Under the pieces are notes generated by a model, which worked only from the letters and a program-made list of their open reading frames with translations, was not told where the DNA came from and made no database searches. Positions 19,067 through 29,495 of a stretch of 62,651 bases of DNA are shown here, piece after piece. The translations under genes and the position numbers were made by a program. This DNA comes from Candidatus Krumholzibacteriota bacterium (GTDB lineage: Bacteria; Krumholzibacteriota; Krumholzibacteriia; LZORAL124-64-63), in contig JBDLKA010000008.1 in NCBI GenBank assembly GCA_039714075.1, positions 1-62,651 on the forward strand, in the 5' to 3' direction. Each line of letters opens with the position of its first letter. The stretch's first letter is position 1.

Positions 19067-20046
19067 CAGCCGGCCTGCTCCATTTCCCGGGCCAGGCAGG
19101 CCGCTCCCACCGCGGCGGCCAGCGGTCCCAGCTCCGCGGTCACCACGGGGATGTTTCTGGCTTCCCTGGCCAGCACCAGTCCGGGAACCGTGGCCCGGCA
19201 GGGATCGAGAATGAGATCCCCCGCCTGCGCCACCCCGCCGCCGATGATGATGCGGTCGGGATCCAGCAGGTTGACGATGTTGCCGATGGCCTGGCCGAGC
19301 CTTCTGCCGGCCACGTCGAAAATCCCGGCGGCGTCGGCGTCGCCCTGGCGGGCGAGTGCGGCCAGATCCTGGGTGTTGAGGGCCTTGCCCCGGCTGGAGA
19401 CCAGATTCGCCAGCGCACTCTGCGGATCTCGCTCACCCGCCACTTCGCGGGCGCGGCGCAACAACCCGGTGCTGCCGGCCCAGGCTTCCAGACAGCCCCT
19501 TCCTGCGCAAGTGCAGGGCGGACCGGCGGGATCCAGGACCATGTGTCCGATTTCCCCCGCCCCGCTGTTGGTGCCGACCACGAGTTCTCCCTGGATGATG
19601 ACGCCGCCGCCGACGCCCGTGCCCAGGGCGATCATGACCAGGTTCTTGTATCCGCGTCCGACCCCCTGCCGGAATTCCCCGTAAAGGGCTCCGTTGACGT
19701 CGTTGACCAGGGCCAGGGGAACATCCTCGAAAACGGTTTTGATATCTGCGGCCAGGTTCCGGTCCTCCCATCCCGGCAGGTTGGGAGAGCGGCCCAGCAT
19801 TCCGGTCGCCGGATTGACGATTCCCGCGCAGGCCATCCCGACGGCCGCCAGGCGCGGCAGCCCGGGTTCACCTCCCAGAGCTTTCGCAACGGCGTTTCTG
19901 AGGCTCTGCATGCTGGAGATGATGCTGCCCGTGTCGGTCGGAACTTCACCCTTTTCCAGGATGCAGCCGGCGGCATCGGTCACCACGAATTTGACGGCGG
20001 TTCCGCCCGTATCGACGCCGAGGAAGAGGTCCTTCTTTTCCATCAA
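19066..20046 (-). CDS. ROK family sugar kinase (glucokinase-like)
   Basis: GVDTGGT, NDVNG, LGTGVGGG, GEIGH and CTCAGRGCLE motifs. Confidence 0.92.
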   Translation of the reverse strand: MMEKKDLFLGVDTGGTAVKFVVTDAAGCILEKGEVPTDTGSIISSMQSLRNAVAKALGGEPGLPRLAAVGMACAGIVNPATGMLGRSPNLPGWEDRNLAADIKTVFEDVPLALVNDVNGALYGEFRQGVGRGYKNLVMIALGTGVGGGVIIQGELVVGTNSGAGEIGHMVLDPAGPPCTCAGRGCLEAWAGSTGLLRRAREVAGERDPQSALANLVSSRGKALNTQDLAALARQGDADAAGIFDVAGRRLGQAIGNIVNLLDPDRIIIGGGVAQAGDLILDPCRATVPGLVLAREARNIPVVTAELGPLAAAVGAACLAREMEQAG

Positions 20047-21512
20047 TCCTCTCCAATACTCTTGAGCACCAGATCCGCGGGCGATGCCGTGCGGGTGGCT
20101 TCAAGATCGGTAATTCCCATTCTGTACAGGGTTTCCGCCACGGTGAAACAACTGCCGGTGACCAGGACGACATCCTCCGGCCGCAGCCGGCGGGCCAGCA
20201 ATTCCAGGGCGCCGGGAATATCCGGAGCCACCGTGGCCGCCGGCAAACCCTCCGGCCCGTCCCACTCATCCGGCTCATCCGGCCAAGCTTCCGGGTCACG
20301 GCCCCAGCCGCGGAACAATTCTTCCAACTCGGTGCGGGTTTTCGACCGGGGCAGCGATACCGGCACCCCGATCACGGTCTCGACCCCTTGGAGCATGGCG
20401 GCCGGATCCACGGAAACATTCTTGTCATGCATGGCGCCGTACACCACGACCTTGCGGCCGGATGTCCGCCGCCTGGAAAACTCCCGCCACACGTTGTCCA
20501 GGGCCTGGGTATTGTGCGCGGTATCAAAAATCCAATCCGGATTCGAAAACACAGTCTGGTACCGCCCCGGCAGGAAAAGATTCCCCAGGACCCCCGCCAA
20601 ATCCCCCGGCAGCAGGTCCATACCCAGGACCGGTTCCAGTTCGGACAGGGCAAGAACCGCCAAAGCGATGTTGCGCCGCATGGTCACCGTACCCGGATCG
20701 GGCAGGCCCGGGAACACCTTTTCCCTGAGGACCAGGTCCCAAACCCCGCGGCCGTTGTCCCGGTCGGCATCGGCGAAGCGGGCCAGTTCGTCCAGAAAAT
20801 GGCAGGGGCTGCCCGCCAGGACCGCCGCCTGGAAAACCTGGCCGCGCAGTTCCGGATCGACCCCGCAGAACAGGGGCACCCCCTTCTTCAGGAGGCCCAG
20901 CTTTTCGGCGGCGATCTCCGGCAGCGTGTCGCCGAGAATCCTTTGATGGTCCAGACCGATCGTCGTCAGCAGGGTGGCCGCCGCAGGCAGGGCGTTGCTG
21001 GCGTCCAGGCGGCCGCCGAGCCCCGTCTCGCAGCAGAAGAAATCCACTTTTTCATCGTGGGCTATCTGCACCGCCAGGGCGGTCAGGGTCTCGAACCAGC
21101 TGGCTCCGTGTTTTTCCACCAGGGGTTTGATTTTTTCCACGCGCGCGGCGAAAGCGGACGCTGCGACCGGCTTGTCGTCGATCATGATCCGTTCGTGGAC
21201 ATTCAGCAGATGGGGACTGGTGTAGGTCGCCACCCGGTAACCGGCGGACTGCAGCAGATGGGCCAGCGCCCGGGTGGTGCTGCCTTTGCCATTTGTGCCA
21301 GCGGTAACCAGGGTCCGGAGATGATCCTGGGGATCGCCGAGATCCGCCAGCAGCCCCTGGATACGGACCAGCCCCGGACGAATACCGAATCGGTTGAGAC
21401 TGAAAAGCCAGCGTGTGGCCTCGTCGCCGGCGACAAAGGGTGGTGCGAGATCAAGGCCGACGCCCGGTTCGCCCGGATGATTTCCGTTACGGCGGGGGCT
21501 GCCCAAACCCAC
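20043..21512 (-). CDS. folC: Folylpolyglutamate synthase/dihydrofolate synthase; start approximate
   Basis: AGTNGKGST, YTSPHL, ETGLGGRLDASN, DTAHN and TGS motifs. Follows accD, the canonical order. Confidence 0.92.
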   Translation of the reverse strand: MGLGSPRRNGNHPGEPGVGLDLAPPFVAGDEATRWLFSLNRFGIRPGLVRIQGLLADLGDPQDHLRTLVTAGTNGKGSTTRALAHLLQSAGYRVATYTSPHLLNVHERIMIDDKPVAASAFAARVEKIKPLVEKHGASWFETLTALAVQIAHDEKVDFFCCETGLGGRLDASNALPAAATLLTTIGLDHQRILGDTLPEIAAEKLGLLKKGVPLFCGVDPELRGQVFQAAVLAGSPCHFLDELARFADADRDNGRGVWDLVLREKVFPGLPDPGTVTMRRNIALAVLALSELEPVLGMDLLPGDLAGVLGNLFLPGRYQTVFSNPDWIFDTAHNTQALDNVWREFSRRRTSGRKVVVYGAMHDKNVSVDPAAMLQGVETVIGVPVSLPRSKTRTELEELFRGWGRDPEAWPDEPDEWDGPEGLPAATVAPDIPGALELLARRLRPEDVVLVTGSCFTVAETLYRMGITDLEATRTASPADLVLKSIGED

Positions 21513-21517
21513 GCCGC

Positions 21518-22399
21518 TCAGCCCCGCGGCGGGCGACGCACCGAAACGTCCCGACCGTCGACGAACCAGTGCAGGGTCCGCTCGAGGTTTTCCTTCAGGT
21601 TCTTCCGCTCGGTTATGATGTCCACCATGCCGTGCTCGAGCAGGAATTCCGAGGACTGGAATCCCTCGGGCAGATCGCCGCCGATGGTCTGCTTGATGAC
21701 CCGGGGACCCGCGAACCCGATCAGGGCGCCGGGCTCGGCCATGTTGATGTCGCCCAGGGTCGCGTAACTGGCGGTCACACCGCCGGTGGTCGGATTGGTC
21801 AGCACCGAGATGAAGGGGATGCCCTCGTTGCGCAGCCGGGCCAGGACCGCGCTGGTCTTGGCCATCTGCATCAGGGACAGGAGAGATTCCTGCATCCTGG
21901 CCCCGCCGCTGCGGCTCAGGATAATGGCGGCTTCCCTGTGGCGCAGGGAGTCCAGCAGCGCCCGGGCGATCTTCTCGCCCACGACCGAGCCCATGCTGCC
22001 GCCCATGAAGGTGAAATCCATGATGGAAACCGAAACGGGGATGAGTCCGATCTGGGCGCGCCCGGTGATGACGGCATCTTCCTTGCCCGTCTTTTGCCGC
22101 GTGGCCTTGATGCGATCCCGGTAACGCTTGGAATCCTTGAAATCCAGGGCGTCCTTGCTGGTGATGCCGCGGTGGGTTTCGGCCCAGGTCCCCTCGTCGA
22201 AGAGCAATTGGATATACTGCTCGGTGGTGAAGGGCAGGTGATGGCCGCAGGAACCGCACACCCACAGGTTGCGGTCCAGTTCGCGGTGGTAAAGGATCTC
22301 CGAGCACTTGGGGCACTTGCGCCACAAGTTGTCCGGGATATCCTTTTTCTGATTGGTCAGGGCTTTTATCCCCTTTGCAGCCTGTGTCAACCAGGACAC
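21518..22399 (-). CDS. accD: Acetyl-CoA carboxylase carboxyltransferase beta subunit
   Basis: CPKC...CGSC zinc finger, GGSMGSVVGEK, SGGARMQE, PTTGGVTASYA. Confidence 0.97.
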   Translation of the reverse strand: MSWLTQAAKGIKALTNQKKDIPDNLWRKCPKCSEILYHRELDRNLWVCGSCGHHLPFTTEQYIQLLFDEGTWAETHRGITSKDALDFKDSKRYRDRIKATRQKTGKEDAVITGRAQIGLIPVSVSIMDFTFMGGSMGSVVGEKIARALLDSLRHREAAIILSRSGGARMQESLLSLMQMAKTSAVLARLRNEGIPFISVLTNPTTGGVTASYATLGDINMAEPGALIGFAGPRVIKQTIGGDLPEGFQSSEFLLEHGMVDIITERKNLKENLERTLHWFVDGRDVSVRRPPRG

Positions 22400-22549
22400 G
22401 GCGACCTCCTCACAATGTCGGACGAAGGTGGATCAGCGGGCGGTTATCTGACGGGGCCCGCCGGAGATGCAAGTTTGCACGACCAGGCCCGCTTTATCAA
22501 CCCCCTGCCAGCTAATCTAGCCTCTTTCTACCACTGCGGACAACCTTTT

Positions 22550-23026
22550 TCAGGTATCCAGGATGGCCCGGACCCCGGTGGTCATGATGATGGCGTCTTC
22601 CCCGTTGTCGGCATAATACCCCGGCCGCACGCCCGTGGGGACAAAACCGTATGCCTGGTAGAAGGCCCGGGCCTGGCGATTGCTTTCCCGGACCTCCAGG
22701 GTGACTTCCTCCATCCCCAGTTCCACGGCTTTCCGCGCGGCGGCAAGCAACAGGGCCGCCCCCACGCCCCGGCGACGTAGATCCGGATCCGTGGCGAGGT
22801 TCAGGATGTGGAGCTGGTCGACGATCTTCCAGGCCATCAGGTAGCCGGCCACCTTGCCGGCAACCTCGGCCACAAGAGGCAGGCGCAAATGGTCCGTGGC
22901 CAACTCCTGCTCCAGCGCCTCGGCTTCCCAGGGATCGGCAAAGCAGCGCTTTTCCAGGGCCACGACCCGGGCCAGGTCTTCGCGCCGCGGAGCGCGCACC
23001 GAAATTCCCGGGTCCGTTTCATCCAT
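22550..23026 (-). CDS. rimI: Ribosomal-protein N-acetyltransferase RimI
   Basis: HILNLA...RRRGVG...LEVRESN...YYADNGEDAIIM. Start overlaps the tsaB stop. Confidence 0.92.
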   Translation of the reverse strand: MDETDPGISVRAPRREDLARVVALEKRCFADPWEAEALEQELATDHLRLPLVAEVAGKVAGYLMAWKIVDQLHILNLATDPDLRRRGVGAALLLAAARKAVELGMEEVTLEVRESNRQARAFYQAYGFVPTGVRPGYYADNGEDAIIMTTGVRAILDT

Positions 23027-23808
23027 CAGGTCGGCCTTTCGGACCTGTGGGAGCTCACATCGCCCCCGGGCTTTGCGGGCGTCAGGTCCAGTTTCCTTTT
23101 GACCTCGGCATCGGACACCCGCATGTACTCGGGCACCAGGGTGAAGGGATGGACCTGCGGCAGCCCGCCGGCATTCATGGCCAGAGCCAGGGCGCGGGCG
23201 GTGGCCGGATGGGCGGACGACCAGCGCCGCAGCACCGGTCGGCCCTTGCTCGCAAGTTCCGGACGCAGTTCCTTGCCCTGCCCCAGCAGCAGGCCGGTGC
23301 CGTCGCCTCCGTAAACCGGTTGTTCGGGGTCGTCGACGGTTTCGAGAACGCGGGCCCACCACTGATCCGGGCGCAGCGCCGCCGGTTCGGCAACCGGCCG
23401 AACCCATGTCCCCTCCCGCACGAAAACTCCCGAGAATATTTCACCCCGCCGGGCATCCAGAACCGGCACCGCAAAGCCGGCCTCGGGGAATTCATCCAGC
23501 AGGGCGGCGGCCATGGCGGCGAGGGAGGTGACGCCCACCAGTTCGCAGCCCAGACCCCAGGCCAATCCCTTGGCGGTGGCGACCCCGATCCGGACCCCGG
23601 TGAAACTGCCCGGCCCGACGGTGACCCCCACCCGGTCCAATTCATTTTTGGCGCGGCCGGCTTCAGCCAACATGTCTTCGATCACGGGCAAAAGCGCATC
23701 GGCGTAGCTGCCCGACACGTTCAAGGGACGGTATTCCAGGATGTTCCCATCCTGCGCCAGGGCGAAGCGGCCCCATTTCGTGGACGTGTCTATCGCCAGG
23801 CTCAGCAC
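23026..23808 (-). CDS. tsaB: t6A biosynthesis protein TsaB
   Basis: LAIDTS, GPGSFTGVRIG, DARRGE and PEYMR motifs. Confidence 0.95.
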   Translation of the reverse strand: MLSLAIDTSTKWGRFALAQDGNILEYRPLNVSGSYADALLPVIEDMLAEAGRAKNELDRVGVTVGPGSFTGVRIGVATAKGLAWGLGCELVGVTSLAAMAAALLDEFPEAGFAVPVLDARRGEIFSGVFVREGTWVRPVAEPAALRPDQWWARVLETVDDPEQPVYGGDGTGLLLGQGKELRPELASKGRPVLRRWSSAHPATARALALAMNAGGLPQVHPFTLVPEYMRVSDAEVKRKLDLTPAKPGGDVSSHRSERPT

Positions 23809-24350
23809 GACCGGCCTTTCGGTTGCTTGTCGGAATTTCCGCCGCCGAAGGCTTCGGCCCACGGCTCGAACAGCTGCGGGGTTCCCCTCAGATGCCAGAT
23901 GCGGTCGTCCTCCTTGGCCCCGTGGGTCGCCAACAGTTCGATCCGGGGCGTGTCCGGACCCAGTTCCTCCAGGAAGAGTTCGGGCCATTCCACCACGGCC
24001 ACCGCCGTCCGGTCCCACAACTGTTCCAGGATGTCGGGCACACCGATATCCGCCAGGTCGGCGCCGGGCTCGATCCGGTAGAAATCCAGATGGTGGACCG
24101 GCAGACGTCCGGTGTAGGTGTTGACCAGGGTGAACGTGGGCGAGACCACGTCCTGGGTCACGGCCAGTCCCCGGCACAGCCCCTGGGTGAAGCAGGTCTT
24201 GCCGGAGCCCAGCCTGCCGTAGAGCAGAATGATCTCCCCCCCGCGCAACAGGCCGGCCAGCTGTTCGGCCAGCCGGGCGGTTCCTTCGGGTCCGTGGACC
24301 TCGCGGTGGCGGCTGAATTCCGCCGGTGTCGGCACGGGATGGTCAGCCAT
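23802..24350 (-). CDS. tsaE: t6A biosynthesis ATPase TsaE
   Basis: GRLGSGKT, SPTFTLVNTY, HLDFYR and VEW motifs. Confidence 0.95.
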   Translation of the reverse strand: MADHPVPTPAEFSRHREVHGPEGTARLAEQLAGLLRGGEIILLYGRLGSGKTCFTQGLCRGLAVTQDVVSPTFTLVNTYTGRLPVHHLDFYRIEPGADLADIGVPDILEQLWDRTAVAVVEWPELFLEELGPDTPRIELLATHGAKEDDRIWHLRGTPQLFEPWAEAFGGGNSDKQPKGRSC

Positions 24351-24379
24351 CGGTTTCACTCCGGGTGCGGGCCGTCACG

Positions 24380-25969
24380 TCAACGCGGCCGCAGGACGAC
24401 GAAGGGACAGATCATTTCCTCGAGACTGATGCCCCCGTGCTGGAAGCTGTCCCGGTAAAGCCGCTCGTACTCGTGGAAATTGGTGGGATACACCAGATAG
24501 CAATTGTCGGCGGTGACGGCATAGTTCTCGATGGTGGTCTGGGCCGGCAAACGATAGTGCTCGGGATTCTTCATCAGCATGACCCGTTCCTCGTTCACGC
24601 CCAGGTTGTCCCCGAACTTGTAGCGGACGTTGCTGCTGGTGTCCCGGTTGCCCCGGATCTGGACCGCACGTTTGCAGAGCTTGCTCCCGTGGTCCGTGGT
24701 CAGGATCACCGTGCAGTCCCGGCGGGCGAGGTTCTTCATGACGTCGAACAGGTTGGAATGTTCGAACCACGACCGCATCAGGGTGCGGAAGGCCGCCTCG
24801 TCCGGCGCCAGTTCCTTGAGGATGCGATTCTGGCTGCGCCCGTGGGCCATGATGTCGAGAAAATTGTAGACGCCGGCCACCAGCCGGGTGTCGCCCAGGG
24901 AGCCGAGGTTGCGGTGGAGCAGATCCGCATCGCGCGCATCGGACACCTTGTAGTAGCGATTGCTGCCGACCGCGGGACTGCCGATCCGCTTGAGGAGCTC
25001 GTTCATGAGTTCGCCCTCGAAGGCGTTGCGGCTGCCGTCGTGGTCCGCCGACGATATCCACCACTGGGGATAGCCTTCGGCGATGTCCAAGGGATACAGG
25101 CCCGAAAACAGGGCGTTCCTGGCGTAGGGCGTCGCCGTGGGCAGGATGGACCAGTAATGGCGGCGTTCCATGTGGAAGAAGGTCTCGAGCAGGGGTTCGA
25201 TCATGCGCAGCTGATCCTGGCGCATGCAGTCGATGACGATCCAGAACACCTGTTTGCTGTTCCGGATTTCGGGCTCGACCCAGGTCTCGAACACGCGCGG
25301 GCTCAACAGGGGAGACTCCACCACCTCGTCGACCGCCGAGCCCACCCCCGTGGCGCCGTCGGCGTTCACCCAGGTCCGGTAATGTTCCCGCACGTACTTG
25401 GCGAAAGACAGGTTCGCCGCGGTCAGCTGATCATCGAGGGTTTCCAGCAGACCACGGTCGCTGTACTGGAACAGGTCCATGCTCCAGGTGACCAGATCCA
25501 GGTAAATACCTTCCCAGTCGGCGGGCGAATCCGCGGCGGCGAACCGGTCCCCCAGAGCCATGAAATTGCTCATGTAGTTGCGGGACACCTCTTCACCAGT
25601 CAGCTTGCGGGCTTCGAGCTGCCGCTTGAGGGTGGACAGGATCTGCAGGGGGGAAACCGGCTTGACCAGGTAGCCGTCGATGCGCTTGCCGATGGCCCGG
25701 GTCATCAGGTCCTCGGCCTCGCTCTTGGTGATCATGATCACCGGGATGTGCGCGTTAATCTTGCGCAATTCGCCCAGCGTTTCGAGGCCGCCCATGCCGG
25801 GCATCATCTCATCCAGGAGGATGGCGTCGAAGTCCTTCTCCGCCAGCACGGCCAAGGCGTCCAGCCCGTTGGTCACCCCCTCCACCTCGTAGCCCTTTTC
25901 GCCCAGATAGCGGACGTGTCCCCCCAGTTCCTCGAAATTGTCGTCGACCCAGAGTATGCGAAAAGCCAA
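24380..25969 (-). CDS. porX: PorX-like response regulator (REC plus PglZ/alkaline-phosphatase domain)
   Basis: ILWVDD, LLDEMMPG, ITKSE, IDCMR, LPTATPYARNALFSG, TTDHG and SFQHGGISLEEM motifs. Confidence 0.9.
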   Translation of the reverse strand: MAFRILWVDDNFEELGGHVRYLGEKGYEVEGVTNGLDALAVLAEKDFDAILLDEMMPGMGGLETLGELRKINAHIPVIMITKSEAEDLMTRAIGKRIDGYLVKPVSPLQILSTLKRQLEARKLTGEEVSRNYMSNFMALGDRFAAADSPADWEGIYLDLVTWSMDLFQYSDRGLLETLDDQLTAANLSFAKYVREHYRTWVNADGATGVGSAVDEVVESPLLSPRVFETWVEPEIRNSKQVFWIVIDCMRQDQLRMIEPLLETFFHMERRHYWSILPTATPYARNALFSGLYPLDIAEGYPQWWISSADHDGSRNAFEGELMNELLKRIGSPAVGSNRYYKVSDARDADLLHRNLGSLGDTRLVAGVYNFLDIMAHGRSQNRILKELAPDEAAFRTLMRSWFEHSNLFDVMKNLARRDCTVILTTDHGSKLCKRAVQIRGNRDTSSNVRYKFGDNLGVNEERVMLMKNPEHYRLPAQTTIENYAVTADNCYLVYPTNFHEYERLYRDSFQHGGISLEEMICPFVVLRPR

Positions 25970-25984
25970 GATCGGCTCCTTTGT

Positions 25985-27241
25985 TCAGGACTTCGGCGGG
26001 TTGGCCGCCGCCGGCAGGGTCACCAGGAAAGTGGTTCCGTGCTGGTTGGTCGATTCGATGCGGATCTTCCCGTTGTGATACTGGGTGGCGATCCGCTTGA
26101 CCAGGGCCAGGCCCATGCCCCAACCCCGTTTTTTTGTGGTGAACCCGGGTTCGAAGATCTTGTTCCCTTCCCGGGCCGGAATTCCTTTTCCCGTATCGGA
26201 AACGCGCAGCTCCACGCCACCGCCGGAAATATCGGCCAGCTTGATGGTGATGGTCCCCTTGCCCTCGCTCAGGGCGTCGATCCCGTTCTTGATCAGGTTC
26301 TCCAGCACCCACCCCAGCAGGTCACGGTTGAAGATGACGGGATTGGAGGCATCGCCCTCGCGCCGCAACTGGACCCGACCCCCCACGTGGGGCAGGCGGT
26401 TCCGGAAGTAGACGATGGTCTGGTCCACGACCCCGACCAGATCGGTATCCTCGAGTTTGGGCAACGATCCGATCTTGCTGAAACGCGCGGAGATCATGCT
26501 CAGACGATCGACGTCCCGATTGAGCTCGACCATGACCTCGTCGTTCTTGTTCAACCGTTCCTCCAGCAGGGCCAGCCACCCCATGATGGACGTCAGCGGC
26601 GTGCCCAGTTGGTGCGCCGTTTCCTTGGCCATGCCCGCGAAAAGAGCCTTCTGCTGCGCGTCCTTCTTGCTTTGCAGGGCCCACAAGATAACCAGAAAGA
26701 ACAGGGCCATCACCATCAGTTCCAGATAGGGCATGATCCGCAGGCGCTGGCTCAGGGCCGACCGCCCGTAGTGCAGGGTCCCCACCCTTTTCCCCTCCTG
26801 GTTGAAGATGGCGAAAGGCTGCTGCTCCTGGTCGTAGGCCGCCGCCAACGACAGGATCTCGATGATGATCGGGTTGCTGGGCTTCGACATGTTCTCCTGG
26901 AACAGCACCTGGTACTCGGGCAGGGGAATGCCGATCACCGGTTCGTTCCACAGGATCGGGCGCCCCTCGTTGTCGGTGATGATAATGGGCACCTCGATGG
27001 TGTTGATCATCGTGACCACCGGGCGCACCTCCTCCAGGGGCTTGTTCTCGAGCAGGAGACTGGCGACGCCGGAAATGAGCTGGGTCGCCAGGAAGCTCTG
27101 CTTTTCCACGCTCTTGGACATCCGGATGGTAAAGATGGTGGTGGCCACCACGATGCTCACCCCGCCCAACAGCAGGTAGATGTTGAACAGATCCTGGCGC
27201 CGGATCCTGCTGAACAGTTTATGTCCCAAGCCAATGACCAT
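25985..27241 (-). CDS. Membrane sensor histidine kinase, probable partner of the PorX-like regulator
   Basis: Two TM helices, KETAHQLGTPL, ENLIKNG, DTGKG, GFTTKKRGWGMGL. Start overlaps the serS stop. Confidence 0.9.
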   Translation of the reverse strand: MVIGLGHKLFSRIRRQDLFNIYLLLGGVSIVVATTIFTIRMSKSVEKQSFLATQLISGVASLLLENKPLEEVRPVVTMINTIEVPIIITDNEGRPILWNEPVIGIPLPEYQVLFQENMSKPSNPIIIEILSLAAAYDQEQQPFAIFNQEGKRVGTLHYGRSALSQRLRIMPYLELMVMALFFLVILWALQSKKDAQQKALFAGMAKETAHQLGTPLTSIMGWLALLEERLNKNDEVMVELNRDVDRLSMISARFSKIGSLPKLEDTDLVGVVDQTIVYFRNRLPHVGGRVQLRREGDASNPVIFNRDLLGWVLENLIKNGIDALSEGKGTITIKLADISGGGVELRVSDTGKGIPAREGNKIFEPGFTTKKRGWGMGLALVKRIATQYHNGKIRIESTNQHGTTFLVTLPAAANPPKS

Positions 27242-28500
27242 CAGTCGATGTACTCCCTGCCGCCCATGTAGGGCACCAGAACCTCGGGAACGCGGATGCG
27301 GCCGTCGGCGGTCTGGTAGTTTTCCATAATGGCGACCATGATCCGGGGCAGAGCCAGTCCGGAGCCGTTGAGCGTATGCACGAACCCCCTGCTGTCCGGC
27401 CCCTTGAACCTGATACCGGCCCGGCGGGCCTGGAAGTCCACGAAATTGCTGCACGAGGAGACTTCAAGCCACTTTTCCACGCCGGCGGACCAGACCTCCA
27501 GGTCGTAACACTTGGACGCCGCGAAGCTGAGGTCACCCGTGGCCAGGGCCAGCACCCGGTAGGGCAGCTCCAGTTTCTGCAGCAGTTCCTCGGCGTCCGC
27601 GGTCAGGCTCTCCAACTCGTCCCACGAGGTTTCCGGGGCCACGAACTTGACCATTTCGACCTTGTTGAACTGGTGGACCCGCAAAAGGCCGCGGGTATCC
27701 TTGCCCGCGGCGCCGGCCTCGCGCCGGAAACACGGGGAAAACGAACAGTACTTCAAGGGCAGTTCGGCGGCGTCCAGCGTCTCCTTCATGTGGACGTTGG
27801 TCACCGACACCTCGGCCGTCGGAATCAGGAACAGATCATCCACCTGGCAGTGATACATGTCCTCTTCAAGCTTGGGCAACTGGCCGGTTCCGGTCATGGC
27901 CCGGCGTCCGACCAGATAGGGAATGTTGAATTCCGTGTAGCCCTGTTCCAGATGGACGTCCAGAAACCAGTTGATCAGGGCCCGTTCCAGGCGCGCCCCG
28001 GCGCCCGAGAGAACCGTGAACCCGCTGCCGCTCATCCGCGCGGCGCGCTCGGGATGAAAAATGCCCAACTCCGCGGCGATGTCCCAGTGGGGCATGACCG
28101 TGAAATCGAAAGTGGGAAGGTCGCCCCAGGTGCGGATCAGTTCGTTGTTTTCCTCGCCGCCCGCGGGCGCGGTCTCGTGCGGGACGTTGGGGATGCGCAG
28201 GTAGAGCTGTTCCACTTCCTGTTCCAGAACCTCGGCCTTGGCTTTCAGTTCCTTGATCCGGCCGGAGACCTCCTTCATGGCGGCGATCGCCTCGCCGGCA
28301 TCCTCGCCCGCCTTCTTGCGCTCGCTGATGGCGCGGTTGGCCTTGTTGGCCTCGGCCTGGAGGGTTTCGGTTTCCTGCAGGGCGGCCCGGCGCTCGGCGT
28401 CCTTGTCGTAATAGGCTTCGATATCCACCGATTCGTTCTTCAAGGCAACCGCCTTGACGACAAGGCCCCGGTTTTCGCGGAGGAATTTGCGGTCGAGCAA
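27241..28500 (-). CDS. serS: Serine-tRNA ligase
   Basis: GTGQLPK, LIPTAEV, FRREAG, RVHQFNKVE, EVSSCSN and HTLNGSGLA motifs. Confidence 0.98.
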   Translation of the reverse strand: MLDRKFLRENRGLVVKAVALKNESVDIEAYYDKDAERRAALQETETLQAEANKANRAISERKKAGEDAGEAIAAMKEVSGRIKELKAKAEVLEQEVEQLYLRIPNVPHETAPAGGEENNELIRTWGDLPTFDFTVMPHWDIAAELGIFHPERAARMSGSGFTVLSGAGARLERALINWFLDVHLEQGYTEFNIPYLVGRRAMTGTGQLPKLEEDMYHCQVDDLFLIPTAEVSVTNVHMKETLDAAELPLKYCSFSPCFRREAGAAGKDTRGLLRVHQFNKVEMVKFVAPETSWDELESLTADAEELLQKLELPYRVLALATGDLSFAASKCYDLEVWSAGVEKWLEVSSCSNFVDFQARRAGIRFKGPDSRGFVHTLNGSGLALPRIMVAIMENYQTADGRIRVPEVLVPYMGGREYID

Positions 28501-28712
28501 GGGAATCCCTTTCATTGACTGGCTCTGGTCGGAGTCCTGGACATACCAATACCCTGGGACCGGTTCCCTTTTCAAAAAAGGGAAATGAAATTGCATTCCG
28601 GACCCGCGGCTGGTAGAAGGGTAGTAGCAAAACGGCCCGGGCGGCAAGGCAATTCCCCGTCCGCGGCCCCGAACCCGTTTGTTGCCGAATAACGCGGAGT
28701 CGACACCTGACC

Positions 28713-29465
28713 ATGGACAGAACCCAACTCAATGCCAGGTTGCGGGATCTTCCCGCCGCCCGCCGGATCATCACCGCGCTGGATGTGCCCACCATGGGCC
28801 AGGCCCTGAGCCTGGCCGAGAGCCTCGGCACCGCCGGAGGATTCGTCAAAGTGGGTCTGGAACTGTTTTCCGCCGCCGGGCCCGAAGTGGTGCACCGGCT
28901 GAAGAACCTGGACCGCGACATCTTTCTGGACCTGAAATACCACGACATACCCAACACCGTGGCTTCGGCGGCGGCGGTGGCCGCTTCGCTGGGGGCGTCC
29001 CTTTGCACCATGCACGCTTCCAACGGCAGAGCAGCCATGACCGCCGCGGCGGAAGCCCTGGCCGCCGCCCCAGTCGATTCCCGGACCGGCCGCCGGCCCG
29101 CCCTGCTGGCGGTGACCATCCTGACCAGCCTGTCCGAACAGGAGATGGGCGAAGTCAGCCCCTCCCACGATTTGCTGCAGGACCGCATCCTGAGGCTGGC
29201 CAGGCTGGCCTGGGACTGCGGCTGCGACGGCCTGGTCTGCTCGGCCGCCGACTTGCCCGGCCTGCGGGCCGCCCTGGGCCCCGAACCGTTGATCGTGACG
29301 CCCGGCATCCGGCCCGCCGGCGCCGCTGCGGGCGACCAGCACCGCGTGACGACGCCCCGTGAGGCCGTGGATGCGGGCGCCGATTTCCTGGTGATCGGCC
29401 GGCCGATCACCAAAGCTCCCGATCCCGGCGCCGCTCTTCAGGCCATCGCCGCGGAACTGACTTGA
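28713..29465 (+). CDS. pyrF: Orotidine-5'-phosphate decarboxylase
   Basis: IFLDLKYHDIPNTV, TPGIR, DQHR and VIGRPIT motifs. Confidence 0.97.
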   Translation: MDRTQLNARLRDLPAARRIITALDVPTMGQALSLAESLGTAGGFVKVGLELFSAAGPEVVHRLKNLDRDIFLDLKYHDIPNTVASAAAVAASLGASLCTMHASNGRAAMTAAAEALAAAPVDSRTGRRPALLAVTILTSLSEQEMGEVSPSHDLLQDRILRLARLAWDCGCDGLVCSAADLPGLRAALGPEPLIVTPGIRPAGAAAGDQHRVTTPREAVDAGADFLVIGRPITKAPDPGAALQAIAAELT

Positions 29466-29495
29466 ATCCCTGACACGAAAAGGAAGGCCTTTTCC

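Noticed and set aside
24326..27271. Long antisense ORFs (981 aa here; also 16499-18877, 42334-44973, 29438-31519, 46632-48485)
   Set aside because: These are shadow frames opposite well-supported genes, as expected from high GC3. They carry no motifs.
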